Source: Azolla caroliniana
Lineage: Eukaryota > Plantae > Polypodiophyta
Length of the DNA stretch: 64,000 bases
Direction of reading: 5' to 3'
Assembly: GCA_043228905.1 (NCBI GenBank)
Contig: JBHGNT010000079.1
Span: forward strand, 40,218-104,217
In this document: one piece after another, positions 1 through 12,985 of the stretch
Layout: every line of letters starts with the position of its first letter
Position numbering within the stretch: the stretch's first letter is position 1
Notes under the pieces: model-generated
The model's database searches: none
What the model was told of the DNA's origin: nothing
The model's input: the letters and a program-made list of their open reading frames with translations, nothing else
Translations under genes and position numbers: made by a program

Positions 1-399
1 TACTAATTGCATATCTTTGTATCATTCAATGAAAATGAAAACTTTTTGTCCATCTAGTTACATTTCCAAAGACAATATGGAAAGAGCAACAATTTAAAAC
101 TAGACTTCCAAATCTAGTAAACATTTGGAGTTTTGATCAGTAAATCCTATACTGAAATGCTTTAAAAAAAGCAACTTGGCAAAGCAAGGTAAGGTTTGCA
201 TCTCTGAGGTTGTGAACACACATTGGGGGTATTGTTAGAGGTTTGTAGTCTTGATATATGGTGGATCAAGTTAACGCTAGATAGTGAGTCTTGATATACT
301 GCATTATCATATCCAGTCAAGCTTGATGGTGACAAATATGTTGCACATAACGGAGGGGTTGTCTCAGGATGAAAACAAGAAAATCCAATCGAGTCATAT

Positions 400-517
400 G
401 TCGTGGCGATACAATGCTGGTCGGATCGAATCGAAGCCTTTTCGGTCTGGATATGACAATGTTGTGGCGACATAATGCTGACGGATCGAATCGAAGCCTT
501 TTCGGTCTGGATATGAC
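400..517. repeat. ~60-bp tandem duplication upstream of the LYR gene
   Basis: CGGATCGAATCGAAGCCTTTTCGGTCTGGATATGACA occurs twice, about 60 bp apart. Confidence 0.85.
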
Positions 518-731
518 AGACAGACAGACAAAACAGATCATCGATGGATGGATTGAATGAGGTGTGATTGGATCGAGAGAGAGAGAGAGAAGATTCTATG
601 GTAATGAGACCAAGACAGACGGCCGATTGATCGATCCGAAAGGCAATGAGTCAGTCAGTCAGTCAAGAGTCTGCAGATGCCAAAAGAAGAAGAAGGCAGA
701 AGAGTAATTCGTGGGGACAGAGAAGACGGAG

Positions 732-2470
732 ATGAAGCAGTCGCTGAGGGTTTACGCTGCGGTGCTGCGCCTTGTTCGTCTGCTTCCCTCTGAGACGCGC
801 TCCTACTACGCAAGGTTCGCCAGGGAGAATTTCGCGACCTACAGAGACGAAGACGACGACGGTGTCATCTCCAACCTCTTCGATCGATCTTACCAGCATT
901 CCTGCTGGATCCTTACCAAGGTACTCTTCATCTCCTGTCCATCCATCCATCCATTCAATCAATCAATCCTTTCATGTGTGTCTGTGTCTGTGTCTCACCC
1001 TCTGTCTTTGATTCTCCTTTTTTCTCTCAGTCAATTGTATCAGAGATTCTTCTTCCATACATTTTGCTCATACATCTCTCTTCATCCTTTTTGTTCCTGG
1101 CCTTTCTTTGGCTGATTTGCTGAAAATACCTTGCATTCCTCTGCAAGGTATTCACCTGCGTCTACATAATAATTTCTGCTCTTCTTCAGTTCAATTTGTA
1201 GACGCCTTTTCTTATTTCTCTATCCTGTTATCACGGTCTGTTTTTGTTTCTTGTTCTCATAGATACTTCACTGTTTTATTTACTTGCTTTCTTTAGCTTA
1301 TCGAATGTAAATATTTCACATCTTGTCCTATTCACCTCTGCCAGATCTCTGTTTATCTTTTTTCTCTATTTTCCTCTTTTTTTTCCCACTGGGTTCATTT
1401 GTTTCTTTAATGCATCTCCCATTTCCTTGTTCCTTCTTTTTTGTCTGTGTCAAATCATCCTTTTTTTTTCTTTGGCATATCCGATTCCGATCGTTATGCT
1501 TACTTTCCGTTTCTGATTCCTGGTTTTACTGTTTCTTCTTCCTGTTGCATTTCTGAATTCAAAAATTTTTATTTTCTTTCTTTCTCCTGGATGTCTGGAT
1601 CAGATCTTCCATTTTTTTCCCTTTCAATGTACTCTTTTGCTTTATTTACTTCGTTTTTTACCTCTAAATTTCCAAAGCTTATTCAATTCTATCATTTTCT
1701 TACGATTGTTTCTTTAATGCTTCTCCCATTTCCTTTTTTTTTTTCTTGTCTATGTCAAATCTTTCCCATCCTTTTTTTTCTTTTCCGATCTTTATCCTTA
1801 CTTTCCGTTTTTGTTTCTGGATTTTACTGTTTCTTCTTCCTGTTGCATATCTGAATTAAAAAAATTTCATTTTCTTTCTTTCTTCTGTATGTCTGGATCA
1901 GATCTTCCATTCTTTCCCTTCAATTTACATACTCTTTTGCTTCATCTATTTCGTTTTTTTCCCCTAAATTTCCAAAGCTTATTCAATTTTATCATTTTCT
2001 TACGATTATTTTGCTTGCCTGGCTAGTCTTTCATTTTCTTCTTTTCTTTTGCGTATCTGATTTGAATCTTCGACTTTATTCATTTACTTTCTATAATTTA
2101 TTCAAATATATATTTGTTTTTCTTCCGTCCTCTCTTCATATCTCATTCATATCTTGCATTTTCTATTTCCATGTCGCATTTAAATATTTCATTCTCAGCC
2201 TTTTTCTGCATCTCTTGATTTCAGTTCATCCATTTTTTCGTCTCCTGTTTCCCTATTTTCTTTTTTCCTTCTGCATGTCTCATTCATATCTGACACATTC
2301 TTTCCGCCATTTCCAAAGCTCACTCAATTCTATCGTTTTCCTCCACTATTTTTGTTTTAGGATAAGTGATTATGATCTTCTATTTTATCCTTTCTTCTGT
2401 TATTTTGTAGTATGGAGTTGACACAGAAAAAGCGGATAATCTGAAGCAGATCTGCAAATCTTTCTCGTAG
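732..2470 (+). CDS. LYR-motif (Complex1_LYR family) small protein, 82 aa, two exons: 732-920 and 2411-2470
   Basis: ATG at 732 gives MKQSLRVYAAVLRLVRLLPSETRSYYARFARENFATYRD...HSCWILTK, then a GT donor at 921. The TTTTGTAG acceptor ends at 2410 and the in-frame exon 2 reads YGVDTEKADNLKQICKSFS*. The LYR-like 'VYxxVLR...LP...R.YY...ARENF' pattern resembles plant At3g19508-type LYR proteins (recalled, not searched). Confidence 0.85.
1401..2010. repeat. ~307-bp tandem duplication inside the pyrimidine-rich LYR intron
   Basis: GTTTCTTTAATGC(A/T)TCTCCCATTTCC at ~1401 and ~1708; TGTCTGGATCAGATCTTCCATT at ~1592 and ~1890; CTAAATTTCCAAAGCTTATTCAATT at ~1664 and ~1964. Confidence 0.8.
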
Positions 2471-3789
2471 ACTACTAGTATGTCCTCTTTCCTATACGTT
2501 GCTATTTACCTTCTTCCAAGCTTGGATTAGTGGTAGAACTTTCAGACATAATTGTATGGTTAGATAATATAGTATTCGAAAATGAGATAGAATGTTGCTG
2601 CATTTGCATTCTTTACATGCTTCCTCTTCTATTGTTTCATTCCTATTTAAGAGTGTTTTTTTGCTCACTAGGAACCAGTGCTGAGCTTTAGATTTGTGAA
2701 ACGCTCTATTATTTGACTGATACGCATGAACCATATGCTCTGATTGTGTTCTAAACTTGGGACATAACAGGTCAGGCATAGCTCAAAGAGAGAGAGGTCC
2801 TTCAAATGATCGTTTAGGAAGGATGGCTTCAAATTAGAGTTTAGGAAACTGTTCGACAAACAATACTCAGAAATGGGCCAGATATGGCCTTTGCGTTTGA
2901 ATTGTATTTAACAGTATATATACTCTTTTTGATGAATTGCAATGCCTCTACATAGAGATGATGAACAATCTAGTAAAGACTCTGAGAATTCAACTGTTAA
3001 TACATGCGCAATGCTTGGGGTAGGCCATTAATTGGCCACCAACCACCACAGTGCTGCGTTCTTCATCGACAATCTTATGTCATGGCACCATGAACCTGTT
3101 ATGATTTTTTCTCTATCTACTTATCCTAACCCTATTCTAGGGGAATTAGGGAACACAACCATGTTTTTTTTCTTGTTTTCTACATTTACACATGTACTAA
3201 AAAAAAAAAACTCTCATCTTTCGGATGCTAACACCAATTCGACATGGAATTCCCACCATCATTCAATGATTACGACAGATCGGCAGGCAAGTACATATAC
3301 ATACCATACATACATGCATACAAATACAGATATATTCATCTATCATTGAAACATATGCGGTGATACAGTGTTGGGCATGAGTCTATGAACAGCCCATCTG
3401 CTCTACATGAACAACACATATGTCCTTTTAATGGGGACATCTCTTTCCTCAAAAAAAGGCTGTCAAAGCAGGTAATGCTGAGAGAGAGAGAGACCATTCA
3501 TCCTGATGTCTTTTTAGTAGAAAAGGTACTCTTGAAAATGACCAGAACTCTTTAAGAGTTAGGTGGCATTAGTGGCGGGTGCTGCCACCATAGCCAGTGG
3601 TTGTTATGCCACTATTGTCACTTCTGAATCATAGTGAAAATGTATTCATGGATACCACCCTTGAATTTGTCTTCACTACTTCAATGTTTGCATGCCTGAC
3701 AAAAGTTAACCCTGCCTTTCCCTTTCCAATGAAAGGGTGTGGTCCTCTGCTTTTATGGTTCCTTACAAAGCTGTTCCTCCTTTCCTACT

Positions 3790-4027
3790 CAGGTAATCGG
3801 CAATGGTTGAGTTTCTGCTTAACCGGTTTTGGCTTTCTCCGAACCAAACTGGTTAAGCCTCAACCAGTTTTGAGTGTTTTCAAATCTTGAACCAAACCGG
3901 TTCCTAAACCAGTTTATTACACGGTTCTGTGCAAACCGTGTAAGCCTGAGCCAAATTGAACCGCCAAACCGTTTAAAATGGTTTAAGGGCTCAGTTCAGG
4001 CTTGAGCTGAGTTGTTGCCGACTCCTC
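3790..4027. mobile_element. Degenerate MITE-like element with AACCGG/AAACCG subterminal repeats
   Basis: Dense AAACC/AACCGGTT motifs and imperfect terminal inverted sequences (AGGTAATCGGCAA ... TTGCCGACTCCT). No clear TSD. Confidence 0.4.
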
Positions 4028-4532
4028 GAAAAGGATTCCTTTTCGAGATGTTTGTGTTCACATTATCACAAGTTGGTTGATGAATGATAAGATGCACAAT
4101 TCATTTTGAGAGGGTCTTTTTTTTATGTTGTATCGATTGTAGATCAATCTAAAAATGGCATACAAAGAATTCGATTTTCTCTAAATGTTATTTTTATGTG
4201 ATAGCAACTTGTTATTTGTGGTGGTTGGTTGGTTACTCTATTATTTTGTGTGCTGTTGGGTCTCGAAATCACTCTCTTCTAGCCTATGTTATGTTTTGCA
4301 CCTTAACCAAATTACAGGATAGCCTACATTACACTTTGTATCTTAAATCTTCTGTATCTCCTGTTAAACCAAATTCTTCTTTAATTTTGTCCATCTCCTA
4401 ATGCAAAACCTCAAAAGATTACATCCTCACGTACATGGATCTGACACATTTGCAAGACAATGAAAGTCAACTGAATCTCACACACCTACAGTGACATAGC
4501 AGTTTATGTGATAATATTGTCAGCAACAATAG

Positions 4533-4845
4533 TCCAATGAACCAAAGTTTTTGCTTGTTTTTTGAGTCATTTTATAGATGGAAGTCTTTTCCAATGGACC
4601 TAAGTTTTTGCTAGTTTTTCGAGTGATTTTATAGATGAAGTCACCAAGTTACGCTAACCCTCAAGAAATAAATGGTATGAAAGTTTTGGGTACCCTCGAG
4701 AAAACATGCACAAATGTTGCACAAGTAATAAATAGGTATGAAAGTTTTGGGGGTCCTCAAATAAAACATGCACAAATGTTCCACAAGGAATAAATAGTAT
4801 GAAAGTTTTGGGTATCCTCAATTAAAACATGTGCAAATGTTTGCA
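4533..4845. repeat. Two adjacent minisatellites (~57 bp x2; ~61 bp x3)
   Basis: TCCAATG.ACC.AAGTTTTTGCT.GTTTTT.GAGT.ATTTTATAGATG occurs twice, then GTATGAAAGTTTTGGG...CCTC...AAAACATG..CAAATGTT three times. Confidence 0.8.
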
Positions 4846-5004
4846 TGTGATGGACATAAATAATTGGAATTTGGAAGATCATTTTACATATTTTAGTAAT
4901 AATTAGGTTCTCTCTCTATACCATAGCATCAAAGTCATTAAATTGAGAAAACTTAGGTATGATCCGTTCCATTGGCTAGGCCCCATCTCGTAGATTGCAA
5001 TTGG

Positions 5005-5037
<33 letters not shown>

Positions 5038-5364
5038 TTGTGTGTGTGTGTGTGTGTTTCCAATGAATTGAATACAGTATACACTCGTAATTTTTTTTTT
5101 ATGTTTTTGCAAATTTCCAATCAATTTTATTATCAATGACTCAAGAAAGGTGGAGAAACTTTTGTGGGTCTGTATCCAAGAGCACATAAACAAATCAAAT
5201 GTATACATGACCATTGAAATGACTTTAAGTTTATGGTGCACTAGTATTTTAAGAACTTTTGGGCTCAACCTCGAGGCAATACAACCCTCAAAGCCATTTT
5301 CTATGATAGACTAAGTGGTATGAAGGAAATATCTTGTTTGGATGTGAATGGGTAATAGATTATA

Positions 5365-8350
5365 GTTATTTATTCCTAAGATGGGCCCATATAGATAAAC
5401 ATGAGAATTGGACCCTTACAATTGGTTTGTATTGTTGATATGGAAAAATGTTTCTCTACAAAATAAAATAGAATGTGAAAGAACTTCACAAGAGAGTTAG
5501 TTTATAATGTCAAAATTTAACATGGATAAATGTTATCTTATGTGGAGGCCCACTGACTCGAGAAAGGGAGAGGACGACCATTGTTGGATAAAGGCTAATC
5601 GTTGTCTTTTTACTCCATTGGATCCACCCATGAGGCCATCGTATTGGCTCTTTAGAGTGGCTACAACATCATTCCATATCTCATGCAATAACACTGTTTA
5701 ATCTACAGTTTGATTGAAAAAGACCCGTCTACACCGTTGTTTCCAGATAATTTAAAGAGCTATTGGGCTAACTAATTCTAGGACAACTTGAGCTTTGGCA
5801 TTAATGGGAGTTGATTGGATATTGTCAATGGTGGAAAACAAAATCCCTTGTGCCTTTATCATCCCCTCCTCCCGATGTTGTATTTGTCAACTGGGGCCTG
5901 CCATGATAACCAACATACATCCCCCCACTTGATTGTGCCTTGCACCCGGTATAATTGCAATAGGCGGACAACCCCTGCCATATTCGATGGGTCTTTGGGT
6001 AGTCCCACAAAGCACGTCTGATTGACTCTATTTCATTTGGGCACACAACCACGCTCCAACCAGTATTGACCTATGTATTACTAGCCATTGATTGGAGCGT
6101 GGTAATTCGCCTAGCGTGGTGTTGTTTCTATTTTTTGCCAAAACTTGGTAATAATTACATGGGGAACATGATATGTGTGCCAAATCTTTGCAACAACCGG
6201 CTCTTGGGCGGTTTGAGCAACTAGAATGTGGCTTCCCAATCTAGTCATGAATTGGAAGAAAGGGATGACTTTGTTCCTAGACCCGCATAAGAATCGTGCC
6301 ACGTCTATTGCAAAGGGGCCCAACTTACCTTACATAGTCATGTGTTTTCATGAATACACTTGTCATTCTGGTTTTACTATGATCGGCTAGGGGTCTACAA
6401 TCCATTTACGGCCTGTATATGCAAATACTTGAATTGCCATGTTTGATGTTGGTACCTCATTGTCTTATAGTTCATGACCTTGGATCATATCCGGTGTTTC
6501 CCTACCTCTTGGGATCAAGGAGCCCTCCTCCTCGTATCCTATCCACTTCTTTGTTGTGTTTGTTTGATTAACAACTTCCCCAAGCAATGGAGCGTTCATA
6601 ATTTCAAATCTCATAGTCCATCCGAAAAGAAGAATGTTTTCTGTTTTAATGCTACTCACTTAAAGTCATAGTACAAGCAAATTATGGTGTCCAAAGTGTG
6701 GGGTCTTGTAATCTATGGGAATGTTACATAGTGAGGGCCTTTGAGTTTACATGGATTTCTAATTATTCTTCATGGAGATGCAAATATTTTGATGTTAACA
6801 TGTTTACAAATGTTAACTTTAAATGTAATAAGTATGCTAGTAAGAAGATGAAGAAGAACATCAAAATATAATGAATTAGTCATGGAGAACAACTAACAAT
6901 TCTTGGATGGTTTTGTATGGATAAAGGATGGTCACAAATGGATTCATACAAACATGTTGGCCCCAATATCAAGTATATAACATTTTCAATAGATTATGGG
7001 GCCCCACACTTTGAACTCTTCGACATTAATATTCATCACAAATGGGTCATGGATGGTCACAAGTGGGCCATTGTGACGTAATAAATCATGTTTCCAAAGT
7101 CGTACACACGGTTTGGTTTTGCGAGATTGTTTATGGCTTAGTTAAACCCTCTACAAGAAAATGTATAAGCTTATTTGTTCATATTGTTGTCATTTATGTC
7201 TAAGATGGATTATGTAGGTGAACACTAGAACTCGACCCTCTCTATAGGTTTGTATCGTTGATATGCAAAAATGCTTTCGCACAAAAATAAAGTAACTGTT
7301 CCACAAGTAGTGTAGGCTTATTTGTTCACATTATTGACATTTATTTCTATATGGGGTTATGTAGATGAATGCTCGAATCAGATCCTTTCTATTGGTTTGT
7401 ATAGTTTATATGGAAAACCGTCTTTGCACAAATTAAAGTAAAACAACTCTAGAGAGTATGAGTTTATAATTTCAAATTTCTAGATGGATATTATTAATTG
7501 ACAAGAAGAATGTTTTCAATTGTACTAATACCTACATAGCACAATGTGTACTAAGAATATCAATGTTGAGGGGGTTATGGGGTGGGGATCACAGGGTGGG
7601 GTTCCAAATCTAAGGGAAGCTTAATTAGTCACATTGGGCCCTTCGAGTTTCATATGGACTTTTAATTATTCATCATATAAATGCAAATATGGTTTTGTTA
7701 GAATGGTGTATGCCTTAGTTAAACACTCCATTAGAAATAGTATAGGCTTATTTGTTCATATTATTGCCATTTATTTCTAAAGATGGATCATGTAGGTGAC
7801 CATTAGAATTGGACCCTTTCCATTGGTTTCTATGTTGATATAGAAAATTGCTTTCCTACAAAGTAAAACATAAAAGAACCTTAGAACTTGAATTATAATG
7901 TCAAATTTTGACTTGGATAGTTATTAGTTGAAAAGAAGAGTGTTTTCCGTTTTAGAACTACTTACAGTAAATACAACATAAAAATATTAATGTTGAGAAG
8001 TTACGGGGTGGAGTTCAAAGTGTGGCAAAATAAGTTTTTAGTTGTTCGTTATAGAGATGCAAAATAGTCCATGTTAAACATGTTTGGAAGCATTACTTTT
8101 TAAAATGATTGTCGATAAGCATGCTAGTAAAAAGAGAAAGAATTGAATTGCCATTGATTGATTGACTATGGGCAAGTCATGGAATTATCATATGTATTGA
8201 TCATGGATGGATTGAACATATGGGGCATCGTGACCTAACCAAGAAAATGTGTATTCAAAGTTGTTCGCAATATTAGTTTCATTAGTAACAATTAGTGAGT
8301 TTAGTTTACCTCATAGTTAAACCCTCCATTGGAAACAATGTAGGCTTATT
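5365..8350. repeat. Degenerate local repeat array (several diverged ~170-600 bp units)
   Basis: GCTTATTTGTTCA(T/C)ATT...ATTTAT.TCTA..ATGG.T.ATGTAG.TGA...TAGAA.T.GACC...ATTGGTTTGTAT recurs at ~5370, ~7170, ~7315 and ~7745, with a partial copy at ~8340. Confidence 0.6.
5540..6625 (-). mobile_element. L1-like LINE internal fragment (zf-RVT region), same family as 46650-50142
   Basis: Colinear similarity to 46760-48560 (e.g. KKWIGYEEEGSLIPRGRETPD vs EKWIGYKEEGFVLPRGRDTPD; IPFFQFMTRLG vs IPFFQFTTRLG). It interrupts a unit of the local repeat array. Confidence 0.8.
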
Positions 8351-10651
8351 TGTTGAGATAGAGTAGACTTATTTGCTGAGATAGAATCACTTTAAATTGG
8401 CATTAAGCTAAACTCACAAATAAAAATCAGAACATTTGCATGCAAGCCATTTTGATTTTCTTTGCTTGATCACGATTCCCACAATCAAAATTTGGGCCCT
8501 CCATAAACGATCTACCCCTTAGTTGCTTAGCATACAACAATATACATAAAAAGGAAGAAGAATTTTTTCATATACTATTTATTGTTCCTCAAATACTATA
8601 TCTTATTACGAGAAAGTATAGTTGATTGATGTCGTGATTATGTCAAAATAGTACGACTTAATTACCAATCCAAGATCAATCATATATTGGCATTCATATT
8701 AGTTTGAGCTCTCACACATGGTTAATAACATTATGCTCCCAAGAAACTATGGAATTCCTTACCACTTTCCACACTATCCCAACATTCAAAACAACGTCAT
8801 TGCCTTTAAAAGATAATTTTGTGAGCAATATGTTTAGAGAAGCTTTTACTTAAAATACTATTTCAAGATATGTAAGACAATTATATACAATTTTTTATCG
8901 AATCATGTAGCAATATCAATATTCGCACATATGCATATGAGGTTCTAAAGGCCTCAAAAAATTGAAGGAGTACGAAAAAGAAGGATCGTATCGTATTATA
9001 TGTTTTAATCCTTGGAGCTCGAGCCCATGGGAGCTTCCCTTAATGTTTTCATTGAGAATTTATTTTGGCAAGCAAGTGGCATAGATGCGCTGCTAAACTC
9101 AAGAGCAGGACATACAATAGCTTTTTTTATCAACATTCATTATGTCATTCGAACTTAACAAAACTATAGAAACACATTACATAGAACTAATTACAATTCA
9201 AATTACTATAAGGATATGGCTACCTTAACAATGAGAACCATCAGAACAAAAGTACAATGAGAACTAACGTCATTACACATTTGTTGCTTTTTTCTAATAA
9301 TTAAAAAAATAACCTTTCATTCAGCACTTAATTGGAACAAAGAAAACTTACAAGGGTCATGAAACGGATTCATGGATGAGTCATTGAAAGTGTAAAAACA
9401 CAATTTTAAAAGCTTGTCTTTCATTATTCTTTTCCCTAAATTCATCTACCCCTTGTTTTCATTCATGAAACTCTCAACCACGTAGTTCTTTTGTTTTCAT
9501 TAAAGTCGTGTATCATAATTTGCAAACCATAACAAATCAAACACCTACTTGTTACCCAGTTTCCTAATTACTTAAATCCGTCACTATATTATGCATTGAA
9601 ATGCGACAAGAGAATGGTAAATTGTTTACTTAAAATCATGTGAAGTTCTTAATGCTAGTTTCTTTCATCAAAATAGACATCTACATGTTATGTGCATGTA
9701 CCACAATATAATGCATTACTTCTACCATTTTCTAAATACATAAATTGTGTTGTATATGCTCAAATTCGATGACTTATGTGTAATTTTCTATTGGTTAAAC
9801 ATTGTCTTTATTGGGGTGTCTTGTTGTTAGTGGAAGCTCCTATGACATGTTTTAACAATCCAATATGTCAAAAGGTAAAGTTGTGGTGAACGAGTGCCTC
9901 CTCAAACTTTCGGGTAACATATTCACTTTCACTCAACAATCACAAAAGGTACCATTGGTTGTTCTCACACTTCATGATTGAGAAATGCCCCTCTACTATT
10001 GTAACATGTCTCTCACACCAGTAGGAAATGACATTATCGGCCACAACTCTCAACACATCTTCTCTCCTCTCTACAAATTTTTGGCCTTAGAAGACGTTAA
10101 TATATCTTTCGTTTCTTTCTTTCTTTCTACATATACAACAAGTAAAGAAGCACACGTATCTTTCATTCAAATTGTTTTTCTTCTAATGTCAGAAGTGCAT
10201 AGCTAGAGCTTTCAAAAGTTACGTTTTTGTTTCCGTCTTCCAACCAATGTGAATAACTTCTTTCAAAGTGTAGGACTTCCTATTGGAGACAAACACTTTT
10301 ATATGTTTAAAAACTAACGCATGATACATACGTAGCATTTATTCGATTTTGCCTTCCATAAAGCTCCCATGAGCTTCGCATGTACCACAAAATAGAATCT
10401 AGTTTTCGACAAAACTATCACAATATGTCTTATGGTTATATAACACAATTTAGACCACCTAAATTGGAATCCACCTCACATGGGCCCGTAGTTCAAGTTT
10501 CCAAAATAAAATTGTGAAACTTCACAATATGTATGCAATACAAAAAAGATTGTCTATCAAATACATTAAGAGTGATATTCAACATAATGGTGCCCTTTGG
10601 GGTTGTCAAGTTCAATAAAAGAAAAATGAAGTGAACACATAAAATAAAATT

Positions 10652-10964
10652 GGGAAAAGTACCAGGATACCCCTAGAAGTCCGTCTATTTACCAAAATGC
10701 CCCTATAAGTTCCAAATTTACCAAACTACCCCTATGTCCAAAAAATTACACCTTATAAAGTAATTATACACTCAAATCTACAAGCCCTATTTACCAAAGA
10801 TCGAAGAAATGGACCCAAACTAGCCCTATTTACCAAAGATTTGAGTGTATAATTACTTTATAAAGTGTAATTTTTTGGACATAGGGGTAGTTTGGTAAAT
10901 TTGGAACTTCCAGGGGCATTCTAGTAAATAGACGAACTTCCAGGGGTATCCTGGTACTTTTCCC
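10652..10964. mobile_element. 313-bp Mutator-like foldback MITE
   Basis: Long TIRs starting GGGAAAAGTACCAGGATACCCC and ending GGGGTATCCTGGTACTTTTCCC; 9-bp TSD AATAAAATT (10643-10651 and 10965-10973). Confidence 0.9.
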
Positions 10965-12043
10965 AATAAAATTTTGGTTCTACTCAAGTTTAAAACCATG
11001 TAATGCATTTGTGGGAAATGATCACTCTTGTATTAGTCTTGTGATTGACATATGCATTTTTTATATTTGTTTGTACGTTGAATGATTTTCCTAGAGTTGT
11101 CCTTGGATGTTCGTATGTGTCATATACATCCAATTGTATTGCAAACGGTATTTTTGCTAAACGCTACATAAGACTTTCACCTTGCATTGGGTTTTCATGA
11201 GAAAGAATGGTCAATTTCCTTTTAATGAAGTAAAATCCACATCTTGATGCTAAGAATCCCATAACGAGTGAATATTTATGAGGACCCAACCTGATGGGCT
11301 TTCCCTAAAGTTTACCTCCTTCGTGTGTCCTTCGCCTCCTAAATAAATTCATTTCTCTAGTATACCAAGGGATCGTTTACAAGTTCTACAATCCTCTTGA
11401 TGTTTATCATTCAAGTGCCACACCATTCACTAGCCTCTCTTCTCAAGTTTCCCCTATTTTATATGCCTTCACACTTCAGTTAGAAATAAGTTTCTTAATT
11501 TCTTTCCAATTATTTCAAGCTCCCTTTGATCCTAGCCTAATGGTTTTTATCTCAACTGATGACCCGCACAAGTCTATTACTTGTACTCAATTTGGCATGT
11601 GTAGCATACTTCTAAATCCATGGGCTAGATATTTATTTACATTTGCCCGTCACAGATAGTTTTGTGTAACCATTTCAAAAATTATGACGGGGGTTATCAT
11701 TAGGGTTTCATTCCAACCAAGAGATAGGCATAAGATGTTAGTTAGAATGTACATGAACGTAGCTTGATAATGAATCAACTATGTCGAAGTTTGGTTTTAC
11801 TTCCATTTCACCTATAGGCAAATGATCATCTTCTCTAAACTTGTGTGCATTTTCTTGATTGTTCATAAGATGATGGAAATTGAAAGAAAACAAATTTGAA
11901 GTACTAGCAATTGTTGGGAGGTGTGATGATATATTGACGTTCACATTGTTTGCAAAAGTGTGAATCTTTTTGAAAGTGTCAAGGGGAAGGGTGGACATGA
12001 AATTGAGATCAATTTCAATCTCAATTTTTTTTTTATCGTAATT

Positions 12044-12105
12044 AGCTTACCCTAGTGGTAAGTTGTTATACACTACCAGCACTATGTCTAGGGTTCGAAA
12101 CCCAA
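12044..12105 (+). mobile_element. Possible tRNA-derived SINE head (Pol III A and B boxes)
   Basis: A-box-like TACCCTAGTGG (12048-12058) and B-box GGTTCGAAACC (12092-12102) at tRNA-like spacing. No complete cloverleaf. Confidence 0.35.
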
Positions 12106-12186
12106 TTTCTCACCTCTCTATTAGATACTCCATATATATCTCTTAATTCACTAGATGCCACTATGGAATGTAGGGGTTGAACCCAT

Positions 12187-12204
12187 GACCACTTGGTCTC
12201 CATT

Positions 12205-12238
<34 letters not shown>

Positions 12239-12517
12239 GTGTGTGTGCGCACATGGTCTTTATGAATATGTAGTAGCATACAAAACATAAGAGAGACCAC
12301 TTGGTCTCCATTGGTCTCTCTCTCTCTCTCTCTCTCTTATGTGTGTGTGTGTGTGTGTGTGCGCGCGCATGGTCTTTATGAATATGTAGTAGCATACAAA
12401 ACATAAGAGAGACCACTTGGTCTCCATTGGTCTCTCTCTCTCTCTCTCTCTTATGTGTGTGTGTGTGCGCGCGCATGGTCTTTATGAATATGTAGTAGCA
12501 TACAAAACATAAGAGAG
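12187..12517. repeat. ~110-120-bp unit in three tandem copies containing (TC)n and (TG)n tracts
   Basis: GACCACTTGGTCTCCATTGGTC(TC)nTTAT(GT)n...CATGGTCTTTATGAATATGTAGTAGCATACAAAACATAAGAGA x3. The copies are near-identical apart from microsatellite length. Confidence 0.9.
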
Positions 12518-12562
12518 ATGATGGATAAAATATATTTTTAATGTCCACCAAGTCAATGGGTA

Positions 12563-12985
12563 GAGAGAGATCATGCAACTTGGTTGGCTACCATATCCCT
12601 CGATTGTATTGGCCCATTGACATCATAGATAGTTAGGTGTTATGATTTAGCGAAGTCAGAATTTTCAATACTTTAGTTGTATGATAGTTGTCCTCAATCA
12701 TTGCGTATAGGGAGAAGAGAGATCGCGCAACTTGGTCGCCCACCACATCCCTCAATTGTATTGGCTCGTTGACAACATAAATAGATAGGTGTTATGATTT
12801 GGTGGTGTCATAATTTGCGGTGCTTTATTTGTATGGTAGTCTACTATCCATGACCAATGCACATGGAGAGAGAGAGAGAGATTCTGCAACTTGGTTAGCC
12901 ACCATATCCCTCAATTGTATTGGTTCATGGACATCCTAGATAGTTAGGTGTTATGATTTGGCAAACTCATAATTATTGGTGCTTT
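12563..12985. repeat. ~155-bp degenerate tandem repeat x3
   Basis: GCAACTTGGT...CCA.ATCCCTC.ATTGTATTGG...GACA...A.ATAG.TAGGTGTTATGATTT at ~12575, ~12727 and ~12886. Confidence 0.75.

Noticed and set aside
1108-2421. Several long hydrophobic Phe/Leu/Ser ORFs
   Set aside because: They lie in the pyrimidine-rich LYR intron; lack of stops follows from base composition.
12044-12105. Functional tRNA gene
   Set aside because: A and B boxes are present but there is no acceptor or anticodon stem pairing; kept only as a possible SINE head.
12187-12985. Repeat arrays superficially resembling CRISPR repeat-spacer structure (also 4533-4845 and 51357-51605)
   Set aside because: Whole units are repeated with no unique spacers, there are no cas genes, and the context is eukaryotic.
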